Notes under the pieces: model-generated
Databases searched by the model: none
What the model was told of the DNA's origin: nothing
Seen by the model: only the letters and a program-made list of their open reading frames with translations
NCBI GenBank assembly: GCA_029881275.1
Contig: JAOUMX010000001.1
Span: 38,949 to 102,948, forward strand
Length of the DNA: 64,000 nucleotides
Source of the DNA: Gammaproteobacteria bacterium
Lineage (GTDB): Bacteria; Pseudomonadota; Gammaproteobacteria; SZUA-229
Direction: 5' to 3'
In this document: positions 41,608-51,280 of the stretch, one piece after another
How the letters are laid out: each line of letters starts with the position of its first letter
Position numbering within the stretch: position 1 is the first letter of the stretch
Translations under genes and position numbers: made by a program

Positions 41608-41949
41608 ATGATGCTTGAAATTAGTGGCAGGAAAGTTGAGACCAATACACAGGGTTTCTTGTGTAATATTGATGAATGGAGTGAATCTTATACTGAAAAA
41701 ATGGCGGAACAGGATGGTATAAAATTATACAATGACCATTGGGAATTGATTTTGTATTTCAGGGAGTATTACTATGAAACACAAAAGATACCGACAATGC
41801 ATAAGGTAGTACGCGAATTAGGTAAAAAAAATGTGCATTTTCATGATCAAAAGGAATATGAAAAACACATTTATAAACTTTTTCCAAGAGACGCTGCACA
41901 TGAAGTATGTAAACTGGCCGGTCTTCCTATGCCACAACCTGACGATTAA
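41608..41949 (+). CDS. DsrC/TusE-family protein lacking the C-terminal penultimate cysteine
   Basis: Nearly collinear with E. coli TusE ('GRKVETNTQGFL', 'LYRLFP' counterpart 'IYKLFP', 'KLAGLPMP'), but ends '...CKLAGLPMPQPDD' where TusE and DsrC end 'KIAGLPKPVKCI' / 'LPKPTGCV'. RBS 'aggaga' 7 nt upstream. Confidence 0.75.
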   Translation: MMLEISGRKVETNTQGFLCNIDEWSESYTEKMAEQDGIKLYNDHWELILYFREYYYETQKIPTMHKVVRELGKKNVHFHDQKEYEKHIYKLFPRDAAHEVCKLAGLPMPQPDD

Positions 41950-41970
41950 TTAACAGGGCTAATACAATTA

Positions 41971-42004
41971 AAAAAACCCGGCTTGTTCTATGCCGGGTTT
42001 TTTT
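41971..42004. terminator. Bidirectional rho-independent terminator between convergent genes
   Basis: A6-cccggc-loop-gccggg-T8. Confidence 0.8.
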
Positions 42005-42013
42005 TAGTATTAT

Positions 42014-42979
42014 TTAAGGGATTGGTTTTAATTCTTTTTCTTGAGCAGTTGCTTTAACAAAACCATATTTTTCATAAATGTTTTGCGCCTGGTCAGATAC
42101 CAGGTATGAAAGGTAGCTTTGAGCATTGGATTGATTACGGCCGGTTTTTAATATGCCTATTGCATAGCCAACTTTATCAGACATATTGTAAGGTGCTTCG
42201 ATAGCAACACCTTCAATAGCTCGATTCTCTGATTGCGCATGTTTAACTTCGGTTGTCCAGACAATGCCTACATCTGCAAGATTATTTTCTATACGATGTG
42301 GTGTTTCTCTATGATGGCGAGCGGTAAACCAGGTCTTATCTTTAATTGCCCAGCAACTTTTGCATTTTTGGTCATTAGTAACTTTTTCATATAGGCCGAG
42401 CTGTTTCAGCATTTCCATGCCATAAAATTTGAATATGCCTTCTGTTAATGGGTTTGGGTGCGATTGCACAAGATCATCACGACCTAGATCCATAGCGCCT
42501 TTAATATTTTTAGGGTTTCCTTTTGCAACCATCAATTCCAGTTTGTTGTGAATATAGATAAGATAATCATCCATTTGATTTTTAGATTTCAATGTTTTTA
42601 AATGACCTAGATTAACACTGGCAAATAGATCAGGGTTTTGAGCTGTTTTCTGACCATTAATTTCACCTTGTTTGAGGATCTGACCTTTTAGAATTTGGCC
42701 TGGAGGAATAGTTTCAACATAGACTGTTTTGATATGTTTGTTATTGATCAGGAAATCCTTAATTAATTCTTCCATCACCATAAACTGATTACCAGCCAGG
42801 TACATGACCAGGTCTGCCGTGTAAGAATCGCCTATTTTCCCATAATCAATTTCACCATTACTATGAAAAGTCCGGTAATCATGTCCTTGACCGGCGTCAT
42901 TATCAGCCGCGTACAGCTGTGTTTGAGTCATAGCAAGAAAGAATGTAACCAGAAGGATTTGACGAATTGATTTAATCAT
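42014..42979 (-). CDS. Orphan periplasmic binding protein of the ModA (molybdate/tungstate/oxyanion, type II PBP) family
   Basis: Signal peptide 'MIKSIRQILLVTFFLAMTQTQLYA' with RBS GGAGG. ModA-like blocks 'NPDLFASVN', 'LADVGIVWTTEV' and C-terminal 'AQNIYEKYGF'. No ABC permease or ATPase genes nearby. Confidence 0.65.
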   Translation of the reverse strand: MIKSIRQILLVTFFLAMTQTQLYAADNDAGQGHDYRTFHSNGEIDYGKIGDSYTADLVMYLAGNQFMVMEELIKDFLINNKHIKTVYVETIPPGQILKGQILKQGEINGQKTAQNPDLFASVNLGHLKTLKSKNQMDDYLIYIHNKLELMVAKGNPKNIKGAMDLGRDDLVQSHPNPLTEGIFKFYGMEMLKQLGLYEKVTNDQKCKSCWAIKDKTWFTARHHRETPHRIENNLADVGIVWTTEVKHAQSENRAIEGVAIEAPYNMSDKVGYAIGILKTGRNQSNAQSYLSYLVSDQAQNIYEKYGFVKATAQEKELKPIP

Positions 42980-43149
42980 TTTTTGGCCTCCATGAACCAT
43001 TAAATTAGTTTTCTGGTTTAATGCCAGAAAATTTAGCAGATACTCCAGATATAGATGCACTAACAGTGCTATTTATTCCATTAAACTAATTTTATTTGTG
43101 TAATGATATGTGGCTTGATATGTAAAAAACGGTATATGGAGCCGGGTGT

Positions 43150-44661
43150 TTATGCAAGAGGGAGTTCGAACCAGAAAATACTGCCAGATGCCGGTTCGCT
43201 TTCGACGCCAATAGAACCATTCATTGCTTCAATTAACTGTTTGCTTATATGCAAACCAACGCCGATTCCTGAAATAGTGCCCTGTTTCTGATCTAGTCGT
43301 TCAAAAGGGGTGAACATGAGTGATAGATTCTCTTTGGATATACCAAGACCAGTATCTTTAATTTCGATTCGTAATTTATTATCTGATTTGATAAAACAGC
43401 TAACTATAACACGTCCATGTTCTCTGTTGAATTTTACAGCATTGGTTATAAGATTAATTAAAACCTGACGAAAACATTGTTCATCAGCTTTTACCATCAA
43501 TGTTGTGTCTGTAATTGTGTTATCTATGGTTATCTGATTTATATTGACCATGGTGGTTAGAATTCGAGTAATGCATTCTCGACTTATATTGGCTACGCAA
43601 AGTGATTGAGTATTTATATTTTGTATTTTGCTTTCAATATGTGAAAGGCTGAGAGCTTGATTAATTATATCCAGTAAATGGTTGCCGGCATCAAGAATAT
43701 ATCCTGACCACTCCTGTCGTTCAGATGAATTTGGTGTAACTTGCATTTCCATTAACTGGGAAAATCCAAGGATGGCATTCAGTGGGGTGCGCAATTCGTG
43801 ACTCATGATTTCCAGAAACTGGCTTTTTGCCTGATTTGCATTTTCTGCTTTTATGGTAGCTTTTAAAAGGTTTTGCTGTGACTCTTTTAGTTGTTTTGCC
43901 ATTCTGTTAAACGCAATTGCTAATAGTCCAAGTTCGTCTTCTATTTTCACATCAATTGATGTATCAAAGTTGCCTTTTCCAATTTCGATTGATGTTTTCT
44001 TTAGATTATTTATAGGAATAGAGATACTGCGTACGATTAGAAATGATAGTAGTGCTATTAATATTAATGATATAGCTATTGCTAAAATAGTCGCATTATT
44101 GGCATTCGAAATAATCTGATTAACGGAATTTTTCTTTTCTTCCACTTCTTCTTCTTCTATTTCAATTAATTCACTAAACAGGAGAAATGCCTGGTTCTGA
44201 AATTCGTTTATTTCCTGGAGGATTTCATTCTTATTATTTGAGTCGGTGGTTTCGGTGGTGAGTATTTTATTTACAAAAGCGTTTTGATTGTTAAAGATGC
44301 TGTATTTAGTTATCCATTTTTCCATATTAGGTGCGCAAGGTTCATCTGCGGCTTTTGCTGTATTATAAGCGTCTTTATAGTTGGCTAGTTCAGCGTCAAT
44401 TTTTGTAAGTAGAGTCTGAATTTCATTTTTACTAACACTTTCTTGTGATCTTATGTAATTGGTTAGTTTAGATGATAGATAGGCATGATATGATGACATT
44501 TTTTCACCTGCTCTAAGTGCTAGCAGGGGGTCTTTGTGTAAATAATTAAAGGCATGACCAATACTGTTTAGATTGTTGACGCCAATATAGCCGATAATTG
44601 TCATAGCTATACCGAATATCATGCATAAAATTAATAATTTATGACTGATTTTAATATTCAT
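43150..44661 (-). CDS. Sensor histidine kinase: TM, about 160-aa periplasmic helical sensor, TM, HAMP, HisKA, HATPase; no receiver
   Basis: H-box 'MSHELRTPLNAILGFSQLM', N-box 'LINLITNAVKF', G-boxes 'DTGLGI' and 'GSIGVESEPASGS'. Two hydrophobic helices flank the sensor region. Confidence 0.85.
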   Translation of the reverse strand: MNIKISHKLLILCMIFGIAMTIIGYIGVNNLNSIGHAFNYLHKDPLLALRAGEKMSSYHAYLSSKLTNYIRSQESVSKNEIQTLLTKIDAELANYKDAYNTAKAADEPCAPNMEKWITKYSIFNNQNAFVNKILTTETTDSNNKNEILQEINEFQNQAFLLFSELIEIEEEEVEEKKNSVNQIISNANNATILAIAISLILIALLSFLIVRSISIPINNLKKTSIEIGKGNFDTSIDVKIEDELGLLAIAFNRMAKQLKESQQNLLKATIKAENANQAKSQFLEIMSHELRTPLNAILGFSQLMEMQVTPNSSERQEWSGYILDAGNHLLDIINQALSLSHIESKIQNINTQSLCVANISRECITRILTTMVNINQITIDNTITDTTLMVKADEQCFRQVLINLITNAVKFNREHGRVIVSCFIKSDNKLRIEIKDTGLGISKENLSLMFTPFERLDQKQGTISGIGVGLHISKQLIEAMNGSIGVESEPASGSIFWFELPLA

Positions 44662-44817
44662 AAAATTAACATGGTAAGGTGTTCACCTGGTAACCATTAG
44701 CATTGCCCGATTGTTATTGTGGTTTATAATTGAATCATGTTCAGGTCATTTTTAGAGTATAGTGCTGGATGCTTTATACGGCAAATGAAGTCACTATTGG
44801 TTATTTTTTTATAAAGC

Positions 44818-45441
44818 CTATAGTGTTTTGAGAATACTACTCGCTACTTCTAGATAACCTTTTCTGGCAAATAAAAATTGTAATCGATTGCCACCACATT
44901 GCCTCCAGAGGACTGCTGAACGGATTCCTGAGAGTAATAAGGCACGTATTTTATTGGCATTACTGGTTTGATTTAAATATCCTTGTTCTCCATCAACCAG
45001 GATGCGAGGAGTTAAGGTGCTTATTGTCTCCTGATAAAGTCCGGCCAGGCTGGCAATGATGTTTTCATGGGTTAAACTGAAAAAATCCATTTTATCCTGT
45101 GTTGTTTTAAGGCTGTCAGCAATCTTATTAAGCATGGTTTTATTTTTGCTTAATTTTCTTTCCAGATGGATCATGCCTAGAACATAGCGGGTTATTTCCA
45201 TGTCTTCTTTAGTATTACTACCGGATAGTTGTTTTTTTAATGATCTGAGACCGATAGATATATCTGCAGGGCTACCGTAGATGTCAAGTACATTATTGCT
45301 ATCAAATTTAAACAGAGTCTCCAGGCTGATTTCCATAGCTGCGCTTGAAGCAGAACCTGTTCGGGCAATCTGCTGTACCATGCTGGCAACCTGAAAAATG
45401 CCTGCGAGGGCAAGGGTTCTATCTTGTTTTGAGTATTTCAT
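44818..45441 (-). CDS. hflD: High-frequency-lysogenization protein HflD homologue (UPF0274)
   Basis: 207 aa with 'DRTLALAGIFQVASMVQQIARTG'. Immediately downstream of mnmA, as in E. coli. Confidence 0.75.
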   Translation of the reverse strand: MKYSKQDRTLALAGIFQVASMVQQIARTGSASSAAMEISLETLFKFDSNNVLDIYGSPADISIGLRSLKKQLSGSNTKEDMEITRYVLGMIHLERKLSKNKTMLNKIADSLKTTQDKMDFFSLTHENIIASLAGLYQETISTLTPRILVDGEQGYLNQTSNANKIRALLLSGIRSAVLWRQCGGNRLQFLFARKGYLEVASSILKTL

Positions 45442-45443
45442 AT

Positions 45444-46538
45444 TTAGTCGTTGTACATTTTGTCAATGACTCCACCACCAAGACAAATGTCATTATCATA
45501 AAAAACAATGGATTGTCCGGGTGTGATAGCTCTTTGTGGTTGCTCGAATTTAACTTTAACTGTTCTGTTATCAAGTTCCAATATTTCGCAGGCCTGATCC
45601 GGCTGGCGATAGCGTACTTTTGCTGCGTATTTAAAAGATGGCTCTGGCGGTTTCCCGCTGACCCAGTCTAACTGACTGGCGTTAAGGTATTGATGAAATA
45701 GCTGTGGGTGATTCTCACCCTGACCAACAATTAAAATATTATTTTCAAGATCTTTGGCAAGGCTGTACCAGGCTTCTTCGTCTGTTCCTTTTACTCCACC
45801 TATGCCAAGTCCTTTTCTTTGGCCTAGTGTGTAGTACATTAAACCATGGTGTTTACCAATGACTTTTCCATCAGTGGTCTGTATTTCTCCAGGTTGAGCA
45901 GGAAGATATTGCTGGAGAAAATCCTTGAATTTTCTTTCCCCTATAAAACAGATTCCTGTACTGTCTTTTTTGGCATGGTTGACAAAATTAGCCTGTTCAG
46001 CCAGTAATCGAACCTCTTCTTTTTCAAGTAGACCGACTGGAAAAAGACTGTGTTTTAATTGATGTTGACCAAGCGTATATAAAAAATAACTCTGATCTTT
46101 ATTGCTGTCAGTGCCTTTTAATAAATAATAATGATCATTAATATTTTCTACACGTACATAATGACCGGTTGCAATATAATCCGCCCCCATTTGCAGTGCA
46201 TAATCGAGGAAAGCCTTAAATTTTATTTCTTTATTACAAAGAATATCAGGGTTTGGCGTTCTTCCCGCACTATATTCATCAAGAAAGTGTTTAAATACAC
46301 GATCCCAGTATTGGTCTGAAAAATTTACGCTATGTAATTTTATGTTTAATTGATCGCATACTTTCCTGGCATCATCCAGATCTATCGCGGCTGCACAATA
46401 ATCATCGTCGTCATCCTGTTCCCAGTTTTTCATGAACAGGCCTTCAACCTGGTAACCCAGTTCAATGAGTTTTAATGCAGCTACTGATGAGTCAACACCA
46501 CCTGACATGCCAACAATGACGCGTTTATTTGAAATCAT
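45444..46538 (-). CDS. mnmA: tRNA-specific 2-thiouridylase
   Basis: PP-loop '[15 protein letters not shown]', 364 aa. Confidence 0.93.
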   Translation of the reverse strand: MISNKRVIVGMSGGVDSSVAALKLIELGYQVEGLFMKNWEQDDDDDYCAAAIDLDDARKVCDQLNIKLHSVNFSDQYWDRVFKHFLDEYSAGRTPNPDILCNKEIKFKAFLDYALQMGADYIATGHYVRVENINDHYYLLKGTDSNKDQSYFLYTLGQHQLKHSLFPVGLLEKEEVRLLAEQANFVNHAKKDSTGICFIGERKFKDFLQQYLPAQPGEIQTTDGKVIGKHHGLMYYTLGQRKGLGIGGVKGTDEEAWYSLAKDLENNILIVGQGENHPQLFHQYLNASQLDWVSGKPPEPSFKYAAKVRYRQPDQACEILELDNRTVKVKFEQPQRAITPGQSIVFYDNDICLGGGVIDKMYND

Positions 46539-46547
46539 ATTTTTCAG

Positions 46548-47141
46548 TTACTGTGTGCCAAATATTGGCAGGAGTTTATTAATTTCATCGCCAATGCGTT
46601 TCATGGATTTTTCATTTTTCCACTGTTTATAGGGAGAGACTTTCGGTGGTGAACCAAACTCGGTACTGGTTGGGTCGATAATATAGATTTCGCCTGTTTT
46701 CTCTGATTGTAGTGCAATAGCTGATTCATTATTGATTAGCCAGACTGTCCGTTTCTGGCTGTTACGTAATAGATGTCTATGTATGAAACCATTGTCAAGA
46801 AAGAGTATTAATGCTTTTCTTGCGTTAAATGTTTCATCTTTATTTGTGAAGGTTATGTCAATATTCTGGTTGCTTTCAGTATTAGAGTTTTGATCTGTTT
46901 TAGGTGTTAGCTGGTTAATAATGTCTTTTTCAATAAATACGAGCGCACTGGCTATATTGTTGAGTTCATGTTGATCAGTTTCTGCTTTTTCTCTAAATAT
47001 TGCAATTACTTCGTTCCATGCCTGATCAGAAATTTGTATCATTTGTTGTTTATCACAGTTAGACATGCAGATCATAATCTGTGGACTCGCAAAGATTATA
47101 TTGCTTGTAAGAATTAGACATAAACTCATTAAAGTTCGCAT
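46548..47141 (-). CDS. Hypothetical secreted protein inserted between nudJ-like and mnmA
   Basis: 197 aa with signal-peptide-like N-terminus 'MRTLMSLCLILTSNIIFASP'. No recognised family. Tightly packed: 3-nt and 9-nt gaps to its neighbours. Confidence 0.5.
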   Translation of the reverse strand: MRTLMSLCLILTSNIIFASPQIMICMSNCDKQQMIQISDQAWNEVIAIFREKAETDQHELNNIASALVFIEKDIINQLTPKTDQNSNTESNQNIDITFTNKDETFNARKALILFLDNGFIHRHLLRNSQKRTVWLINNESAIALQSEKTGEIYIIDPTSTEFGSPPKVSPYKQWKNEKSMKRIGDEINKLLPIFGTQ

Positions 47142-47144
47142 GTT

Positions 47145-47588
47145 CTATATATCAACCAGTAAGTCAATTGGGTAGCGCTTTCCTGATAAATAATCATCTA
47201 TACAACGTATCACCATTGGACTGCGTAATTTATCCGGTTGTGCGATTAGCTCATCTCGGGTCATCCATACGGCGCGAAGAATGCCTTTGTCCAGTTTCTG
47301 ATCTGGTCTATGGTCATCACAATGTCCGCAGAATGCGACACGAACAAATGTCCTATTCGTCTCAGGTTGTTTCCAGCGATACAAGCCAGTGATAGCTTCG
47401 GGATGTAATCGCCAGGCGGTTTCTTCTCGGGTTTCCCGAATTACTGCATCTAAAAAGCTTTCATCAGGGTCCAGATGTCCTGCCGGTTGATTAAAAACAA
47501 TTTGTCCATCGCTTTTTTCTTCGACTACTAAAAAATGATTATCACGTTCAATAATAGCGGCAACGGTTGCGTGAGGTTTCCAGATCAT
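47145..47588 (-). CDS. Nudix hydrolase (NudJ-like)
   Basis: Nudix box 'GHLDPDESFLDAVIRETREETAW'. Confidence 0.85.
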   Translation of the reverse strand: MIWKPHATVAAIIERDNHFLVVEEKSDGQIVFNQPAGHLDPDESFLDAVIRETREETAWRLHPEAITGLYRWKQPETNRTFVRVAFCGHCDDHRPDQKLDKGILRAVWMTRDELIAQPDKLRSPMVIRCIDDYLSGKRYPIDLLVDI

Positions 47589-47594
47589 AGAAAA

Positions 47595-48122
47595 TTAATC
47601 TTTCTTAAGTTTCTGTCTAAGTTTTTTATTTTCTAAATAGCGGATGATTGATAGACGCCATAGTAATCGTACACCAATAAATCCCAGAAATGAGCTGATA
47701 ATCGCTAACGAGAAGCATCCGGTTAAAAATGGTTTCCAGATGGCAAGCATCTCAGTTTTGAGCCATTCCACTGAAAGTTCGATCTGAATATCCATCTCGG
47801 GCACGCCAATTATCCAGACCCCCAGTTTATAGGCAAAATAAAACATCGGAGGCATTGTCAATGGATTAGTAATCCAGACCAGAGTAACGGAAATCGGTAA
47901 ATTACTGCGGACAATAATTGCCATTCCGGCAGCCAGACCCATTTGAAAAGGAACCGGTACCCACATAAAAAAACAGCCAACAGCAAACGCGCTGGCTATT
48001 GAGCGTCTATTTAGATGCCAAAGGTTTGGTTCATGTAATAATGTACCAAATATTTTTATTGATTTATGATCACGGATCTTATGCGGATCGGGTAAGAATT
48101 TGCGAATAAATTTTTTAGGCAT
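47595..48122 (-). CDS. DUF2062-family membrane protein
   Basis: 175 aa with basic N-terminus 'MPKKFIRKFLPDPHKIRDHK' and three TM helices. Divergent from comEC. Confidence 0.6.
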   Translation of the reverse strand: MPKKFIRKFLPDPHKIRDHKSIKIFGTLLHEPNLWHLNRRSIASAFAVGCFFMWVPVPFQMGLAAGMAIIVRSNLPISVTLVWITNPLTMPPMFYFAYKLGVWIIGVPEMDIQIELSVEWLKTEMLAIWKPFLTGCFSLAIISSFLGFIGVRLLWRLSIIRYLENKKLRQKLKKD

Positions 48123-48218
48123 AATTCTGAGGTAAATGAATCTACATTCCTGATACTGTTGTAACTATTTAAAGTATAGCCAAGTTCTAATTATCTATGT
48201 TTAAGCTTCGCTATACAA

Positions 48219-50528
48219 ATGAAAAGGACTTTTCATATGAGAATAGGGATATCCAGTTATGCACTGGCCTTACTCACAGGCATCTGCATGATGCAGTTTT
48301 TAACCAGCTTGCCCGATATCCGCTGGATTACGCTATTTCCGCTCTGCCTGTTATTACTTATGTCCCGCTTACCCGTTAAATGGGTTGCCATCTCTCTGGC
48401 CGGTTTCTTATGGGCCTTGCTACAGGCACATCTGTATTTTAATGCCGTTTTAGCAGAATCCATAGCAGGTGATGACTTCTGGATCGATGGCATCATTACC
48501 GATATTCCAGAACGACAGGGTCGTGTCCAGCGGTTTAATTTCCGTATTGCCCAAGGATCGCTATCAGGTAGTCCTAACACAAAAAATCTCCGTTTGAGTT
48601 GGTACGACAGTGAGCATTTACTTAAAGCTGGCGAGAAGTGGCATCTACGGGTCAGGCTAAAGCCACCCCATGGATTTATGAATCCGGGTGGTTTTGATTA
48701 CGAGCGCTGGCTCTATCAGCAGGGAATTCATGCAACCGGTTATGTCCGAGTGCACGTCAATAATAAAAAACATGCCACAGCATCACCCCTGGATATAAAT
48801 GTTTATCGTCAATATCTGGCTGATCTGTTATCAGAAAATAACGATCGAGGATTTAATGACCTGATGGCTGCATTATCTGTTGGTGATAAATCGACCTTTT
48901 CAGATCAGCACTGGCAGGTACTGAAACTGACCGGTACCAGTCATTTAATGGCCATTTCCGGGTTACATATCGGTCTGGTCGCCGGCCTGGTCTTCTGGGT
49001 GACCAGACGAATATGCGCTCTGGGCTTGATTACCAGAGTGTCCTGTATTCATTGGGCTGCCATTGTTTCGCTGCTGGCCGCCTTTGCCTATGCGCTGTTT
49101 GCCGGATTTGCGATTCCAACCCAACGAGCCCTGATTATGTTATCAGTGGTCATGGGTGGCGTCTTCTTTAAACGACAGATAAGGCCTGCCAGTGGTCTGT
49201 CTCTGGCGTTGATTGCTGTTATATTGTTTGATCCTGTATCGGTTTTATCCGTTGGTTTCTGGTTCTCATTCCTGGCGGTGGCGGTTATTGCCTATAGTTT
49301 TTCAGGACGCATAAGCCTGCCGGGTATCCTGGTTCAGTGGGGGCGTTTACAGTGGGTACTGGCCGTTGCTCTATTGCCACTGAGCCTGTTGGCCTTTCAG
49401 CAAGGATCAATCATAGCGCCAGTGGCCAATTTTCTTCTCGTCCCCTGGGTGAGTTTTCTGGTAGTGCCGCTGGTGCTCATGGCGGCTCTGGTCACGCCTG
49501 TGTCTTTGTCACTGGCCAATGGATTATTTGATCTTGCTGATGGGGCCTTATCACTGGTCTGGCCTGTCATCGAATACCTGTCTGAATTACCCATTGCCAG
49601 CTGGCAAACCTCTCAGCCTGAGGGATTGCCCGTCATTCTGTCCCTGTTTGGCATAATTCTGATGCTGGCACCGAAAGGCCTGCCATTCAGGCTGCTGGGT
49701 CTCATTATGTTGATTCCTGTTCTTGGCCCGAATCAGAATAGAATAGATCAGGGGGATTTTGAATTGACCCTGCTGGACGTTGGCCAGGGTTTATCTGTTT
49801 ATATACAGACTCATCAGCACAACCTGGTGTTTGATGCCGGGGCCCGGTTCAGCCCAGGTTTTGATATCGGTGATAAAGTTGTGGTGCCATTTTTAAAGGC
49901 AATGGGTATGTCTAAGCTGGACAGGCTGGTAATCAGTCATGGGGATAATGATCACATTGGCGGGGCAGAGTCCATTCTCCGGCAAATTACTGTACATCAG
50001 CTGACAGGGCAGGATATTGAGGATCTTGATCATGACACTAAAAACAACTGTCAACAGGGAGATAGCTGGCAATGGGACGGGGTTGAATTCGAGTTTCTTC
50101 ATCCTGATCTGTTGAGTAACCATCAGCGACGCAATAATAAAGCCTGTGTGTTGCGAATCAGCTCAAGGGCTGGCAGCTTGTTGATTACCTCAGACATAGA
50201 AAAAGTAGCTGAACAGAGGCTGGTGAGAGATTTTTCGATGAAACTGAAGTCGGACGTATTAATCGTGCCCCATCACGGCAGTAAAACCTCGTCAACGGAT
50301 CAGTTTATTAGCTCAGTTGCGCCTCGTTATGCACTGGTATCAGCCGGCTACAGAAATCGTTTTAAACATCCAAAGCAGGCCATAATTGAGCGTTATCATC
50401 GTAATAATCTCAGTTTGCTGAATACCGCAGATCTGGGAGCCATTAAAATAGACTTTAATTATGCAAATGGACTCTCATTTCCGCAATCATATCGAAAACA
50501 GTCAGGTTTCTACTGGAATCAGCATTGA
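48219..50528 (+). CDS. comEC: DNA internalization competence protein ComEC/Rec2 (DUF4131 + competence domain + metallo-beta-lactamase domain)
   Basis: 769 aa. Polytopic N-terminal half. C-terminal 'LDVGQGLSVYIQT...VISHGDNDHIGG...VPHHGSKTS' metallo-beta-lactamase motifs. Confidence 0.9.
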   Translation: MKRTFHMRIGISSYALALLTGICMMQFLTSLPDIRWITLFPLCLLLLMSRLPVKWVAISLAGFLWALLQAHLYFNAVLAESIAGDDFWIDGIITDIPERQGRVQRFNFRIAQGSLSGSPNTKNLRLSWYDSEHLLKAGEKWHLRVRLKPPHGFMNPGGFDYERWLYQQGIHATGYVRVHVNNKKHATASPLDINVYRQYLADLLSENNDRGFNDLMAALSVGDKSTFSDQHWQVLKLTGTSHLMAISGLHIGLVAGLVFWVTRRICALGLITRVSCIHWAAIVSLLAAFAYALFAGFAIPTQRALIMLSVVMGGVFFKRQIRPASGLSLALIAVILFDPVSVLSVGFWFSFLAVAVIAYSFSGRISLPGILVQWGRLQWVLAVALLPLSLLAFQQGSIIAPVANFLLVPWVSFLVVPLVLMAALVTPVSLSLANGLFDLADGALSLVWPVIEYLSELPIASWQTSQPEGLPVILSLFGIILMLAPKGLPFRLLGLIMLIPVLGPNQNRIDQGDFELTLLDVGQGLSVYIQTHQHNLVFDAGARFSPGFDIGDKVVVPFLKAMGMSKLDRLVISHGDNDHIGGAESILRQITVHQLTGQDIEDLDHDTKNNCQQGDSWQWDGVEFEFLHPDLLSNHQRRNNKACVLRISSRAGSLLITSDIEKVAEQRLVRDFSMKLKSDVLIVPHHGSKTSSTDQFISSVAPRYALVSAGYRNRFKHPKQAIIERYHRNNLSLLNTADLGAIKIDFNYANGLSFPQSYRKQSGFYWNQH

Positions 50529-50635
50529 TTTTGCTGAAAATTTGAACACCTAAACTGTTAAATTCATGGCTTCGATAAAGTGCGGAAATACAGTATCATG
50601 TGTGCCATTACTAAATCACCAAAGGGCTGACAACA

Positions 50636-51280
50636 GTGTTTGAAATGGTAAAAGCAGGGGGATGGTTAATGTTCCCCATTATTGCCTGTTCGATTATCGC
50701 ATTTGGCATCATTCTCGAACGTTTCTGGAGTTTACAGAATAAAAAAGTGATTCCAAAACATCTTGTGGCCACGATTTGGCACTGGGTTAAGGAAGGTCAG
50801 CTTGAGCATTCGAAAATTGAAGCTTTAAGTAAGCAATCAGCATTGGGTAAAATTTTAGCCACAGGATTAAATAATCGTCATCTGGAAAGAGAACGCATTA
50901 AAGAAAGTATTGAAGAAACTGGCCGCCAGGTCGTTCACGAGCTGGAACGTTTTTTAAATACCCTGGGAACCATTGCATCTATTTCACCTTTATTAGGATT
51001 GCTAGGTACGGTTATCGGTATGATTAAGGTCTTTAATGCCATTACCAGTTCAGGTGTTGGTGATGCTGCGCCACTTGCAGGTGGCATCTCACAGGCGTTG
51101 ATTACCACGGCTGCAGGGTTATCTGTTGCTATTATTGCGCTTATGTTTCATCGCTATTTTCGAGGTCGAGTGGATGAAATAGTCGTTAAGATGGAAGAAG
51201 AGGCTATCAAGATGGTTGATGTGTTACACAATAATCGTCAAGCAAATGCCTCAGCGAGCAAAGCGGAGAAAGCAGCTTGA
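50636..51280 (+). CDS. exbB: MotA/TolQ/ExbB-family proton channel
   Basis: Three TM helices and 'LGTIASISPLLGLLGTVIGMI'. Confidence 0.85.
   Translation: MFEMVKAGGWLMFPIIACSIIAFGIILERFWSLQNKKVIPKHLVATIWHWVKEGQLEHSKIEALSKQSALGKILATGLNNRHLERERIKESIEETGRQVVHELERFLNTLGTIASISPLLGLLGTVIGMIKVFNAITSSGVGDAAPLAGGISQALITTAAGLSVAIIALMFHRYFRGRVDEIVVKMEEEAIKMVDVLHNNRQANASASKAEKAA

Noticed and set aside
42670-42705. Tandem repeat in the binding-protein gene as a mobile or slippage element
   Set aside because: It is a single in-frame duplication of one pentapeptide (GQILK GQILK), imperfect at the nucleotide level, with no evidence of copy-number instability. Noted under the binding-protein finding only.
44662-44817. 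Structured ncRNA in the kinase / hflD intergenic region (aggtg-tt-cacct hairpin)
   Set aside because: Only a 5-bp stem with imperfect extensions. It is more likely part of a convergent terminator or promoter region. No recognisable riboswitch or sRNA consensus.
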